Shown here piece after piece: positions 21,290-31,523 of a stretch of 64,000 nt of DNA. The stretch lies in the NCBI GenBank assembly GCA_024346625.1, contig AP024664.1, positions 4,402,001 through 4,466,000 of the forward strand, in the 5' to 3' direction. The position numbers and the translations under genes are program-made. The DNA comes from Williopsis jadinii (Eukaryota). Each line of letters opens with the position of its first letter. Position 1 is the first letter of the stretch. Under the pieces are notes generated by a model that saw only the letters and a program-made list of their open reading frames with translations, was not told the DNA's origin and ran no database searches.

Positions 21290-23774
21290 TTTGTAGTCAG
21301 TTGCAACCGATGGAATGATCCAAATATGAACCACAACGTTAGATGGATTCCATTCGATTTGAAGTCCTGAAGAGTGATTTATATACCTCAACGCTGTGCG
21401 ATGATCTCCTCTCCGTGTCGTTTAATGTTCTATCTGCTGTCGTAGTCACGGCTCTTTCTCTCTCCCTCCAAAAAAGAAAAGAGAATTAGCAAGAACGGGT
21501 GTATCATATGTTAAATTATAACTTATACCCCACTGTACAAATCACACTTCATGAAGCCACTCGTGCCTTTCGTAGACTAAACTATGCACCCTATTTAAGT
21601 GTGAGTTATATGTATCGGGGAGTTCAAGTGCTTTAGATAAGGTTTTTTTTACAATTGACCTGCGAGTGTTGGGTTACTGCATGTAACTTTTTGATAACAC
21701 GCGAGCTTAAAGTTAACCCTTTTAACTCAGATTGTACCATCATCGCTGACAGCTGTGACCATCCTGTCCCGTCTAAGATACAATCGCCAAGTGTGGCGAG
21801 GCGAAATAAATTGGCCCCAAGTTTGAGTGAATCGATCGATGTCCAATGGCTCTTTTACGGATCGTGTGTGTGGTTATATCTTAGTATGTGGTGGTACGTA
21901 TGGTAAGTGGTCCCAGTCCCCACGTTCCTATATGTCCATAACCCAGTGGCATATGACAGCCATGCTTTCCTTTCCATTAATGGGTGCCAGAACTGAACCC
22001 TTAAATTCCGGCCACCTTGGGCCATATAGTTTGGCTCACCATGCAGTGATGTCAGTGAAGTGGTCCCAAAGCTAATCGCTCTTGAAGGCTCTATTTATCA
22101 CCAATGCGCACTGCAATGCATTGTTGTATAACATCTGTACAGGCAGTGGTTTGGAAAAAAGATTGGCTGAGAGGGTACTACGATTGAACAGTTATGGTGA
22201 GCCCAAAGCTTGAAGGTGAACAATGGTGTATCACAAACCCAGAGAGGAGGAAAACCTGAAGTTACTGTGCCATGATCATTGTCGTCGGCACCAAGGGCCT
22301 GTGTGGGAGGTATCATGAGTCTGGATCACATTGTTTTGGTGTAAAACATCACAGATATCAATGATCTCGTATGGGAAGCAAACATAAAGAAGGATACAGG
22401 GGACTGGCTGATAGTTTCGGACTGTATCAAATAACTATCAGCGCAGCGCATAATCTCTCCGCTTTGTCTTTACACACTTAGGTACCAGAACTTTACAAAT
22501 AATAATCCATAATCCAGTGCAATGCACATTCGTTGATTATAACCAATGGGATACATCTGGATTGTTTCTCGGCATAATTTATAACCTTCTAACATTTGGT
22601 AGTGCCCATGGTGTCGTTGTATACTATCCTAAAATTCCTCACAAGAAGGGTTGGAACACGGCCAATTCGGATTTAGTCGAAACGACAATTAAGCAGGTTG
22701 TAGAACTCGGCTTATCAAGCGAGTCCCTTTCTATGTGGTATGTGGCTCCTGTTGCTGCAAATATATATGGACCGTGAGAGTCTGCATCTTGTCACCACTT
22801 ACGCTCACTCCTTTCAAAAGAGTTTACTCATGACAACCAAGACGTCATTAGTACATATTCGGCGATGAATTAAGGTTCTATATGACCAGTAGACAGGAAC
22901 CCCTAAAAAGCCCAGAGACCTGTGGACATTGGTTGCAGTCCGAGAGAGATGGTGCTGTAGTTCATGTTAACTAAACTGGTTCGTTCAAGCGATAACATAA
23001 CGGTTCAAAAAACTGTCACCACACTATTGAAATGATAGTTTTGAAAGACGCCCAATTCTTGCCACTCTTGTGTTATGCCCACATGCTGTCTCACTTATCA
23101 CAAATTCACAGCATGCATCCAATTGTCAAAGTCTAGAATCTAATTAGTCCATCATTTGCAGTGTCTACTGTCTTAAGACGTCAATTAATCGATTGCATTA
23201 TCAATCTGATCCGGTGAACTATGCTGGTATCGCTTCATGGTAAAAATTGACGAGTTCTCAGCAACGGTAACTTCTTATCCACGTAAACTGCAATTTGTTC
23301 TCCATGGTAACGCCATAGGTAAGATCTAGATTTCAATCTATATGGTCTTCTCTCTGCATATTCAGTACTCCAAGATAACGGCGCCGCCTCCAACTTTATC
23401 ATGACATGCGCCCCAGGCTTGGAACATCCTTAACTTTCCGTGAGACGATGGTAGCCCTTTCTTCTCTAACACACGTGATGCTAGGCTAGGGCTCCGTGAC
23501 TGCTTCGAAAATCACAAAGCTAAAAATTGTATAAAACACCCAAACACCACTGGACTCTTGCCTTGTCTCCGCGAATTTACCTACACTCAAACTCGCGCAG
23601 TGGGCGTAAACGCCCAGGCAAAAAAGGACTCAAACACACACAAAAAACACAGGCAAGGCCTGGTACACGCACTCTGTCTCGAGGTTCTGTTGGTGAAAAA
23701 AAATATCAAATTCAAGTTTTACAAGCAATCCTTCACTCACACACTTTCTTTGAATACTCACAGAATACAGGAAA

Positions 23775-24457
23775 ATGTATGTTATGCCCTAAGGAATAAG
23801 ATTTAAACGAGATGATCTGTGAGATGGAGTGAATATCTTTTGTGTCGAAGAGGAAGGACGGTTGATTATATGGCGCTTTTATCGATTGTGGACACCAAGG
23901 AGTTGAAGTTTTTCAATACAAGCCAAAGTGAAGAGATGGATTCAATCACTCAAGGAAGATAGATGTCCACCGAACAGCTGTCATAACACCTTTGTATCTT
24001 TTCTTTTGAAGTCAGCACTATGTCTTCTGCCCAAGGAGAGCTCACACTCTACCATATCCAAAAGTACAGACATCTTTGAAACATAAGGCCTCATCTATGC
24101 AGGATCTCTGAAGATAAATCTCAATTATTCCCTTTTATCGATTGCTCGAAGAGCTTTACTAACGATAACTTTTCAAACAGGACTAAGAGAACTAAAAAAG
24201 TTGGTATCACTGGTAAATTTGGTGTCCGTTACGGTTCCTCCTTGCGTCGTCAAACCAAGAAATTGGAAATTCAACAACACGCTCGTTACGACTGTTCCTT
24301 CTGTGGTAAGAAGTCTGTGAAGAGAAACGCTACCGGTATCTGGAACTGTCACTCCTGTAACAAGACCATTGCTGGTGGTGCTTACACCGTTTCCACCGCT
24401 GCTGCTGCCACCGTCAGATCTACCATCAGACGTTTGAGAGAGTTGGCTGAGGCTTAA
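23775..24457 (+). CDS. RPL43: 60S ribosomal protein L43 (eL43), intron 23777-24180
   Basis: AT|GTATGT...TACTAAC...CAG|G splits the start codon; [25 protein letters not shown]...[11 protein letters not shown]...WNCHSC. Confidence 0.97.
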
Positions 24458-25643
24458 ACAGGGATGTTGGGTTGTTTTGTACAAAAAGAATTCATGAACA
24501 GGTTTTAATATCATAGAGAGCCATTGTAGAGGTTTGTAGCTTGTATCTCAACTGACACTCCAAACGTTGGTCTTGGGTCGTGCGGTATGGAGCACTCTTG
24601 CTGAATAAGCAATTACGTAATATACACACAGACATGTCTGAATACGGCAACTGCCGTTTACAGTAGCAATTACATAATCTGGCGGAAAAAGAAAGAAACA
24701 GCACAACAAAATCGCGAAACCCCGTGACCGGCTCCTTTGTTGCTCCTTTTACCCCAGATTTTCGAAGCAGGTTCCCATAAAAATTTTTCTCTTGTTTAGA
24801 GCGCGTGTGACGTACGATCAAGGAAGAAATGTCCAACGGTTTTACCCAATTGGTGGACCGTGGTTGTCCTTTTTCCTGGGTTTTTTTCTCACATATGGCT
24901 TTAGACACTGACTTGCTGTACGTGTGTGTTTTTGTTGCACTGGCATTATGTGTGGGAGGGAGAATTCCCGGGTGTAAACTCTGTGTACTCTTGCCCATTG
25001 TCTGATAGATAACAGCAGTGGTTGATACAGTATAACGTGCTAGCACAGTTCCTCCAAAACTAGTGGCAATTAAATGATTAGACAGTAGATAAGCATAGCC
25101 CGGTCCTCCTAGCAGACCCATCACTCGCTCAACCGAACAGCTGCCCATGGGTTTTAGGCCAACTGGGAGCTTAGCATGCAAAACTAACCGAAAGGTGTGG
25201 TCACGACCGCGATGGCCTGCCTTCTTCTGCCTAGCAGCAGGACGGGCTAGGCAGAGGTTCCCCTGTTGGACACGCCGACTGCACAGGCCTACACAGGGGG
25301 GCAGGGGGCCCCAGGCAGAGGAAACCGTCCCACCGCCAGCCCGGAGAAACTGGCTGTGAGTCCGCCCCACACAATTTCGCCACACCACCGGGCAGAATGA
25401 ACACGACCAACAGGGAGACAACAGCTGAAGACAGCAGGCTGAGGCCAACGAAACGGGTCCATTTCCCCAAACTTTGCATCCTCGAGCACAGTGTAATTTT
25501 TTTCACTTTATAACACTTGAATCCATATAAAGGGGGACAGATTTCCCATTTTTAAGCCAGATCTTTTTTCCCCTTGAGTTTAGTTTCAATTCGCCTTCTT
25601 ACTCCCGATTTAATACTCTTGGTAGTTCGATAATACACTAGCC

Positions 25644-26621
25644 ATGTCTCAAAAGAAGAAATCCTCCTCCACCGCAGTCAACCTCATTTCTGGTGGTACC
25701 GCTGGTCTCTTTGAGGCTCTCTGTTGTCACCCACTTGATACCATCAAGGTTCGTATGCAGTTGCACAGAAAGTCTGGTGCAGTGAAGAACCCAGGTTTCA
25801 TCACCACTGGTATTCAAATTGCTAAGAAGGAGGGTATCACTGGTTTGTACAAGGGTCTCGGAGCCGTTGTCATTGGTATCATTCCAAAGATGGCTATACG
25901 ATTCTCTTCTTACGAGTTCTACAGAGGTTTGTTGAAGGATGAAAATGGTAACATCTCCACTGGTTCTACATTTATCGCTGGTGTCGGTGCTGGTATCACC
26001 GAAGCCTGTGCCGTTGTCAACCCAATGGAGGTTGTCAAGATTAGATTGCAAGCTCAACACCACTCCATGTCCGACCCATTGAGTGTTCCAAAGTACAGAA
26101 ACGCTGGTCACGCCGTTTACGTTATTGTCAAGGAGGAAGGTTTCGGTACTTTGTACAGAGGTGTCTCCTTGACTGCTGCTAGACAAGCCACCAACCAAGG
26201 TGCTAACTTCACTGTCTACTCCAAGCTTAAAGAGTTCTTGGAGGACTACCACACAAAGAACGGTAACAACGGTATAATCCCAAGTTGGCAAACTTCCTGT
26301 ATCGGTCTCGTCTCTGGTGCCATTGGTCCATTCTCTAACGCTCCATTGGATACCATCAAGACCAGATTGCAAAAGGAGACCAAGTCCTCTGACCCTAACG
26401 ACCCATTGTTGAAACAGTCTTCTACTCAAAGAATCCTCAGAATCACAAAGGATTTGATCAGAGAGGAAGGTGTCGCTGCTTTGTACAAGGGTATCACCCC
26501 AAGAGTGATGAGAGTTGCTCCAGGTCAAGCCGTCACTTTCACCGTGTACGAGTACGTCAGAGGCGGCTTGGAGAAGATGCCGTTGTTCACCACAGAGGAG
26601 GCTGTCATCTTTGACGAATAA
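25644..26621 (+). CDS. SFC1: Mitochondrial succinate-fumarate carrier
   Basis: Three carrier repeats (HPLDTIKVRMQ, NPMEVVKIRLQ, APLDTIKTRLQ); RQATNQGANFT; next to RPL43 as in S. cerevisiae. Confidence 0.95.
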   Translation: MSQKKKSSSTAVNLISGGTAGLFEALCCHPLDTIKVRMQLHRKSGAVKNPGFITTGIQIAKKEGITGLYKGLGAVVIGIIPKMAIRFSSYEFYRGLLKDENGNISTGSTFIAGVGAGITEACAVVNPMEVVKIRLQAQHHSMSDPLSVPKYRNAGHAVYVIVKEEGFGTLYRGVSLTAARQATNQGANFTVYSKLKEFLEDYHTKNGNNGIIPSWQTSCIGLVSGAIGPFSNAPLDTIKTRLQKETKSSDPNDPLLKQSSTQRILRITKDLIREEGVAALYKGITPRVMRVAPGQAVTFTVYEYVRGGLEKMPLFTTEEAVIFDE

Positions 26622-26960
26622 GTTTCCACTTTCATCTAAAAATGTGTATTTTTTAACATTCAATTGTATTTATTCTATTACTTCCTATACCGTAAGATCA
26701 TACAGAGCTCGCGTTATCAGCTTAAAGTGACTGGAAGCGGTATTCCAACGCCATAGTTGTGTCCACCTTTAGAGCTTCTGATTTTGAGGTGCTCTCATCA
26801 TCATTAGTGTCACGTGTGTGACATGACCTCTATCACGTGAGGCATGGTGTCTGGATGTTTTACTGATGTTGAGGCAGATTTTCATGGGGTCCCTTGGAGC
26901 CAATCACAGCAACAGTGAGTGTAATTTGCCGGGACTTGGTATTGGTAACTATTTGAAGCG

Positions 26961-27395
26961 ATGGATAAGCCACTGTGGTACCGTTGGGCTCGTGTCTATG
27001 CCGTTGGATTCGGTATTGTGATGACCGGTGTTTTGCTGTTCAAGTACACAACCCCTACTGAGGAGGAGCTCATCAACTCTTTGTCACCGGAACTCAGAGC
27101 ACAGTACGAACGTGAAAAGGGGCTGAGAAGACGTGAGCAGGAGGAGCTGATCAAGATTGTCAAGCAGACTTCGGCATCGAATGATCCGATCTGGATGACG
27201 GGACCCATCAAGAGTCCCTGGGATAAGGACAACAAAATGGTTAACCTGAAGGAAAAGTACGAGAAGGAGCTTGCCGAGAAGAACCAATCTGATGAGTTAG
27301 AAAGGGTCCAAAGAGAATTGGAGATCGCACAGGAGAAGACCAGAAGGGAGACCGACGAACAGTTAAAGAAGAGAACGTGGTTCTCATGGAGGTGA
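26961..27395 (+). CDS. CBP4: Cytochrome bc1 assembly factor
   Basis: PLWYRWARVY, transmembrane segment, FKYTTPTEEELINSLSPELR, TSASNDPIWMTG. Confidence 0.92.
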   Translation: MDKPLWYRWARVYAVGFGIVMTGVLLFKYTTPTEEELINSLSPELRAQYEREKGLRRREQEELIKIVKQTSASNDPIWMTGPIKSPWDKDNKMVNLKEKYEKELAEKNQSDELERVQRELEIAQEKTRRETDEQLKKRTWFSWR

Positions 27396-27514
27396 GATCT
27401 TGCGTAGCTCTCTGGAGGTGATCAACGTGTACATATTTTTGCTTGGTTAATGTATAATAATACTACCTATAGGAGATAATTCTCTTTTACCCTTTTACTT
27501 TTCCTTCATTATGG

Positions 27515-28316
27515 TTAACGACCTGGCCATGTGAATCTAGCATCTCTTGCAAATGCAGACAGTGCACTTGTAGCGTTGGAGAATGGCGATATAGACGAGT
27601 TGTTCGTTTCATCATTTGCCTGATCAACAGCCTTGAGCAAGTATCACGCTAAAGTTAGTATGTGTTTTAGTGATAGTGGTAGGAACAGCAACTTACAGCA
27701 ACTATGCTCGATATATTTGTCTCTATGACCATCCCACCTTGTACTATTTCCCTGCATTCATGAGTTAGAAACCATCCAATAGGAAGCAATACGAAGCCAT
27801 GTACTCACTCCAATACGGTCTGAAGAGTCTGCCACCCAAACACCAGGTCCAATTCACACACGTTGCCGAAGCATCTATCGAGACTCTGTACAAAGACCTG
27901 GATCAGGTCCAGTATGCCCAATTCACTCTCTTGGTCATCGACGACAAACACGAAATACAGCGTTGCGTACTGTCTGTAGATGACCTTTATATCTTCGATT
28001 CCCTCCAGCAGTTCCGGCGGTGTTAGGAACGATGACTGCTTGGGACTTCTCTGGGAGACCAGTTGGTACACCTGGTTGAGCAATTCAGTCTGTGTTTGGA
28101 TGTCCTAGGTTCGAAACACGTAAAAGTTAGTCCCTAGTCTCTCTTACATCATTTTATAGCGTAAACATAGAACTCACCACTGGTGAATAAAACTTTGTAA
28201 GCCTTGGTGCGCCGTCGTTGTTGACTTCTTTAGTGTTAGTCTGGTCGTACAATGATGACCATGTCGTGGTCATAATCCCGTGACTAGAACATACATATAA
28301 GCACGGAGTGGATCAT
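27515..28316 (-). CDS. APS3: AP-3 adaptor complex sigma subunit, 5 exons
   Basis: Spliced MIHSVLI|FNNDGAPRLTKFYSPV|DI...YRQYATLYFVFVVDDQESELGILDLIQVFVQSLDRCFGNVCELDLVF...|EIVQGGMVIETN...|...FTWPGR*; donors GTATGT, GTGAGT, GTGAGT, GTAAGT with CTAAC branch points. Confidence 0.9.
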
Positions 28317-28529
28317 TCTTGTGGCTATGATCGGTCTTGATCGCAACTTGTCCGGTAGAGATTGATGATTCGCATTTTAATGTCACCTTTTGGGGGGGGG
28401 GGGGGAACTTGGTCCGAGGTGACGTCCCGTAGCTTAATTATGTGGTGTTCGGGTGTGTGGACATTTATTTACAACATGGGACTTATGAGTGAACGGACAA
28501 ACTGCTATGATGATGTTATAAAACAGCTC

Positions 28530-29735
28530 TCAGAGCTTGGACTTTGTAGAATCAACTTCTGCGACAACTTCAATCTCCACCAGGACGTTTGGATTTGGGA
28601 ATCCGACTAGAATTGCTGATCTCGCCGGTTTAGTGGTGAAATATTTAGCATAGACCTCGTTGATTGCAGAAACGTCTTCTCTGTTTTTGATGAGCAATAG
28701 CACCTTTAGAGATTTATCAATAGATGATCCACTGGCCTCGAGGACCTTGATAACGTTCTTCAGTGCATTTTCGGTTTGAGCTACACAGTTATCTGGTAAT
28801 TTACCCGTCGAATCGGTACCCAATTGCCCGGAGGTGAAGACCAGGTCTCTCGTCGCATATGCTGGGGATAACAAGTTGTTGCCACTGGATCCGATGTCGT
28901 CCCAGGTGATCTGTCTCACTGGTGAAGGCGAAGCTGCTGACGAGGCAATGACTTCCAATTCAACACCTATGTCACTGTTCGGGAAATCAACAATAATGAG
29001 AGATCTTGCCGGTTTGTTCTTGAAGTACTTTGGGTAGATCTTGTTAACGATGGATGCGTATTCCCTCTTGCTGATGAAGAATAGAACCTTTAGAGAGTGA
29101 TCCAAGGAAGAACCACCGGCTTTCAACACTTTTGAAACATTTTCAATGGCATTGATGGTCTGCTCTGCGATATCAGAAGGCAGGTCACCGTTTGAATCGA
29201 ATCCAACTTGACCAGATGTATGCACCAGTCCATGTGCTTTGAAACCTGGAGACAAGAACTTCAAAGCTGGTTCATTAATCTGCTCCCAACTCACCGGCTG
29301 CAGACTTGGATCCACCGTGGCAATGACTTCGAATTCAACAAGGACGTTTGGGTTCGGAAAGTCACACAGAATAGCAGATCTTGCCGGTGGAGCATTCCCA
29401 AACTTTGTCTGGTAGATCTCATTGACCACGGCTGCATCTTCACGTCTCTTGATGAACAGCAACACCTTGACGACTTTGTACATGCTCGAACCTGTGGTTT
29501 CCAGGATTCTCTGCATGTTGAGACAGCAGTTCTCCGTCTGCTCAACGATATCGCTGGAAAGCTTCCCCTGAGCATCTGTACCAACCTGACCAGAGGTGAA
29601 CACCCTCTGCTTGGACTTGTAAGCAGGTGACAGTGGCGGTAAACTTGTGGCCTTCGAGGACAACGACGGGTTCACCTGTTGCCATGTAATCTGTTCTGGT
29701 GAGACCCTCTTCTTCCAAAAGTTGAGAATTGACAT
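28530..29735 (-). CDS. Triple tandem Rid/YjgF/YER057c/UK114-domain protein with C-terminal PTS1 (SKL)
   Basis: Three repeats each with LSP..., V.TSGQ.G, EQT/AQT, KVL.. and PARS...FPN....VE.EV.A; ends TKSKL*; first ATG at 29735. Confidence 0.92.
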   Translation of the reverse strand: MSILNFWKKRVSPEQITWQQVNPSLSSKATSLPPLSPAYKSKQRVFTSGQVGTDAQGKLSSDIVEQTENCCLNMQRILETTGSSMYKVVKVLLFIKRREDAAVVNEIYQTKFGNAPPARSAILCDFPNPNVLVEFEVIATVDPSLQPVSWEQINEPALKFLSPGFKAHGLVHTSGQVGFDSNGDLPSDIAEQTINAIENVSKVLKAGGSSLDHSLKVLFFISKREYASIVNKIYPKYFKNKPARSLIIVDFPNSDIGVELEVIASSAASPSPVRQITWDDIGSSGNNLLSPAYATRDLVFTSGQLGTDSTGKLPDNCVAQTENALKNVIKVLEASGSSIDKSLKVLLLIKNREDVSAINEVYAKYFTTKPARSAILVGFPNPNVLVEIEVVAEVDSTKSKL

Positions 29736-29963
29736 GTTTATCTTCCAATTGATCGACTGATTGGCCTCTCGCTCTGTATCTTTGACCACTCGGAACGGTG
29801 TGATCACAATGGAATCGAATACAACCGAGTTGAGCCCGAGGAAAAGGGGCAGCTCAAGATTAAAAGGCTTTAGAGGATCTTTGCTTTAGAAGCGACGGTA
29901 CCGGGCCACACACAGTCGGAGTTTCACGCGATAAAACTCCGGTGGCGCGGAACTTTATCTGGA

Positions 29964-30045
29964 TACACCCGGACACCCAAACACCCGGACACTACTGATT
30001 ATATAATAAATTATATAATCTTGTCATAAAACACCCGTACACCCA
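29964..30045 (+). promoter_or_regulatory. Rap1-like/telomere-like ACACCC motif cluster in the Rid-FIP1 divergent promoter
   Basis: acacccggacacccaaacacccggacac and acacccgtacaccca flank TATA-like tatataataaattatata. Confidence 0.55.
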
Positions 30046-30216
30046 GCTTCTTTTTTTTTTCTTTACCCTCCCTTTTGCTTTGCCCGTAGAACAACAACAT
30101 CAACACCTTCAACATCTCCAACAAACAACGTCCAATTGGGTAGATATAGCGGTGTATCGCATTTCACTCTTTGTCTTCACGGCCTATTCAACCATCCGTC
30201 GGAAATACCAGAAATT

Positions 30217-31398
30217 ATGTCGAACATTGATGAAGATGATGATGCCTTTCTCTACGGGGACGATTCTGTAAACGTTGCCTCTAATGATGGTGCCGTGGCT
30301 GCCAACAGCTCCGCTGGAACTCTCCGGGAGAAGAGTGAAGCTTCCAAAGATAGTAAGGAACAAGGTGACGCTGATGATGACGGTAACAGCGACGAGCAAA
30401 GAGAAGGGACAGGTGAAAATGGAGAAGAAGAAGAAGATGGTGATGAGTCCGATTCCGATTCTGATTCCGATATAGAATTCATCATTGGTTCAGAAGAGAA
30501 TAAAGAAGACACCGGCACAGAAGACTTAATGGACACTGCCACAACGACTGCTGATGCTCAAACTGCATCTGGTGTTGTTCCAGAATCAATCGGCGAAACG
30601 GCAATTGTCGTGAATGACGAAGATGGCTCATCTGAATCCGCAGCCCAGCAACAATCTACAGACGCAACGATCACACGTGTCCCTGGTATTGACATCAACA
30701 AGGTTGGTGACTTTGAAGGCAAGCCAATAACGCAGATCAACCTACAGGACTTGAAGGAGAAACCTTGGAGACAGCCAGGTGCCGACGTGTCTGAGTACTT
30801 CAATTTTGGGTTTAACGAACTCACATGGACGATGTACTGTGCTAAGCAGGATAAACTGAGACAGCAGTTCAACCCTCAAAAGGCATTTATGGAGCTAATG
30901 CCCATGGCCATGATGGGTGGAATGCCACTGCCCAATATGCCTATGATGCCAGGCATGCCTTCAATACCAGGCATGCCTCCAATGCCGACGATGCCAGGAA
31001 TGCCAGGAATGCCAGGCTTACCAGGAATGCCCCCATTACCCCAAATGCCATCAATGCCTCAACAACAGCAATCACAGGAACAGCAAGATTCTTCAAACAA
31101 ATCTACACCATCGATGCAAATACCGCAAGCACTTTCAGGACCTTCACGCTATAGCAACGGTAGTAACAACAACTACAACAACACTGCGAACAGTGACTTC
31201 CCATCAGGACCTCAAAGGCAACAGGACTATCCAAGAGACCGTGGGGATAGAGATAGAAGCGAAAGAGATTGGGAGAGGGAAAAGAGCAATGAACCGGTTG
31301 ATCAAGAAAGAAACGACAACTTCAGAGAAAGAGAGCAGAGGTACAGTTCACGTCAACGTGGTGGGTCAAATCGTAGAGGCCGCAGGGATTACTATTGA
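30217..31398 (+). CDS. FIP1: Pre-mRNA polyadenylation factor Fip1
   Basis: DDDAFLYG, SDSDIEFIIG and Fip1 motif LKEKPWRQPGADVSEYFNFGFNELTWTMYC. Confidence 0.96.
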   Translation: MSNIDEDDDAFLYGDDSVNVASNDGAVAANSSAGTLREKSEASKDSKEQGDADDDGNSDEQREGTGENGEEEEDGDESDSDSDSDIEFIIGSEENKEDTGTEDLMDTATTTADAQTASGVVPESIGETAIVVNDEDGSSESAAQQQSTDATITRVPGIDINKVGDFEGKPITQINLQDLKEKPWRQPGADVSEYFNFGFNELTWTMYCAKQDKLRQQFNPQKAFMELMPMAMMGGMPLPNMPMMPGMPSIPGMPPMPTMPGMPGMPGLPGMPPLPQMPSMPQQQQSQEQQDSSNKSTPSMQIPQALSGPSRYSNGSNNNYNNTANSDFPSGPQRQQDYPRDRGDRDRSERDWEREKSNEPVDQERNDNFREREQRYSSRQRGGSNRRGRRDYY

Positions 31399-31523
31399 CG
31401 TTATGACAACGGAGCTCGGATGGATATAAGTAATGTCTGTTCTTGTTGTATGTAACGATTCTCACTTCTTCATAATCATAAAAGAATGGAAATGTAAGTA
31501 CAAGAGCAACGGGGACAACACCG

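Noticed and set aside
24492..25506. 318-aa minus-strand ORF and neighbours in the GC-rich RPL43-SFC1 intergenic region
   Set aside because: No recognisable domain and atypical composition; the region is better explained as the SFC1 promoter.
25638..26663. 341-aa ORF antisense to SFC1
   Set aside because: Mirror frame of a gene with strong codon bias.
28392..28405. Poly-G tracts (also near 53407 and 56726)
   Set aside because: Simple homopolymers with no supporting structure; their lengths may be sequencing-dependent.
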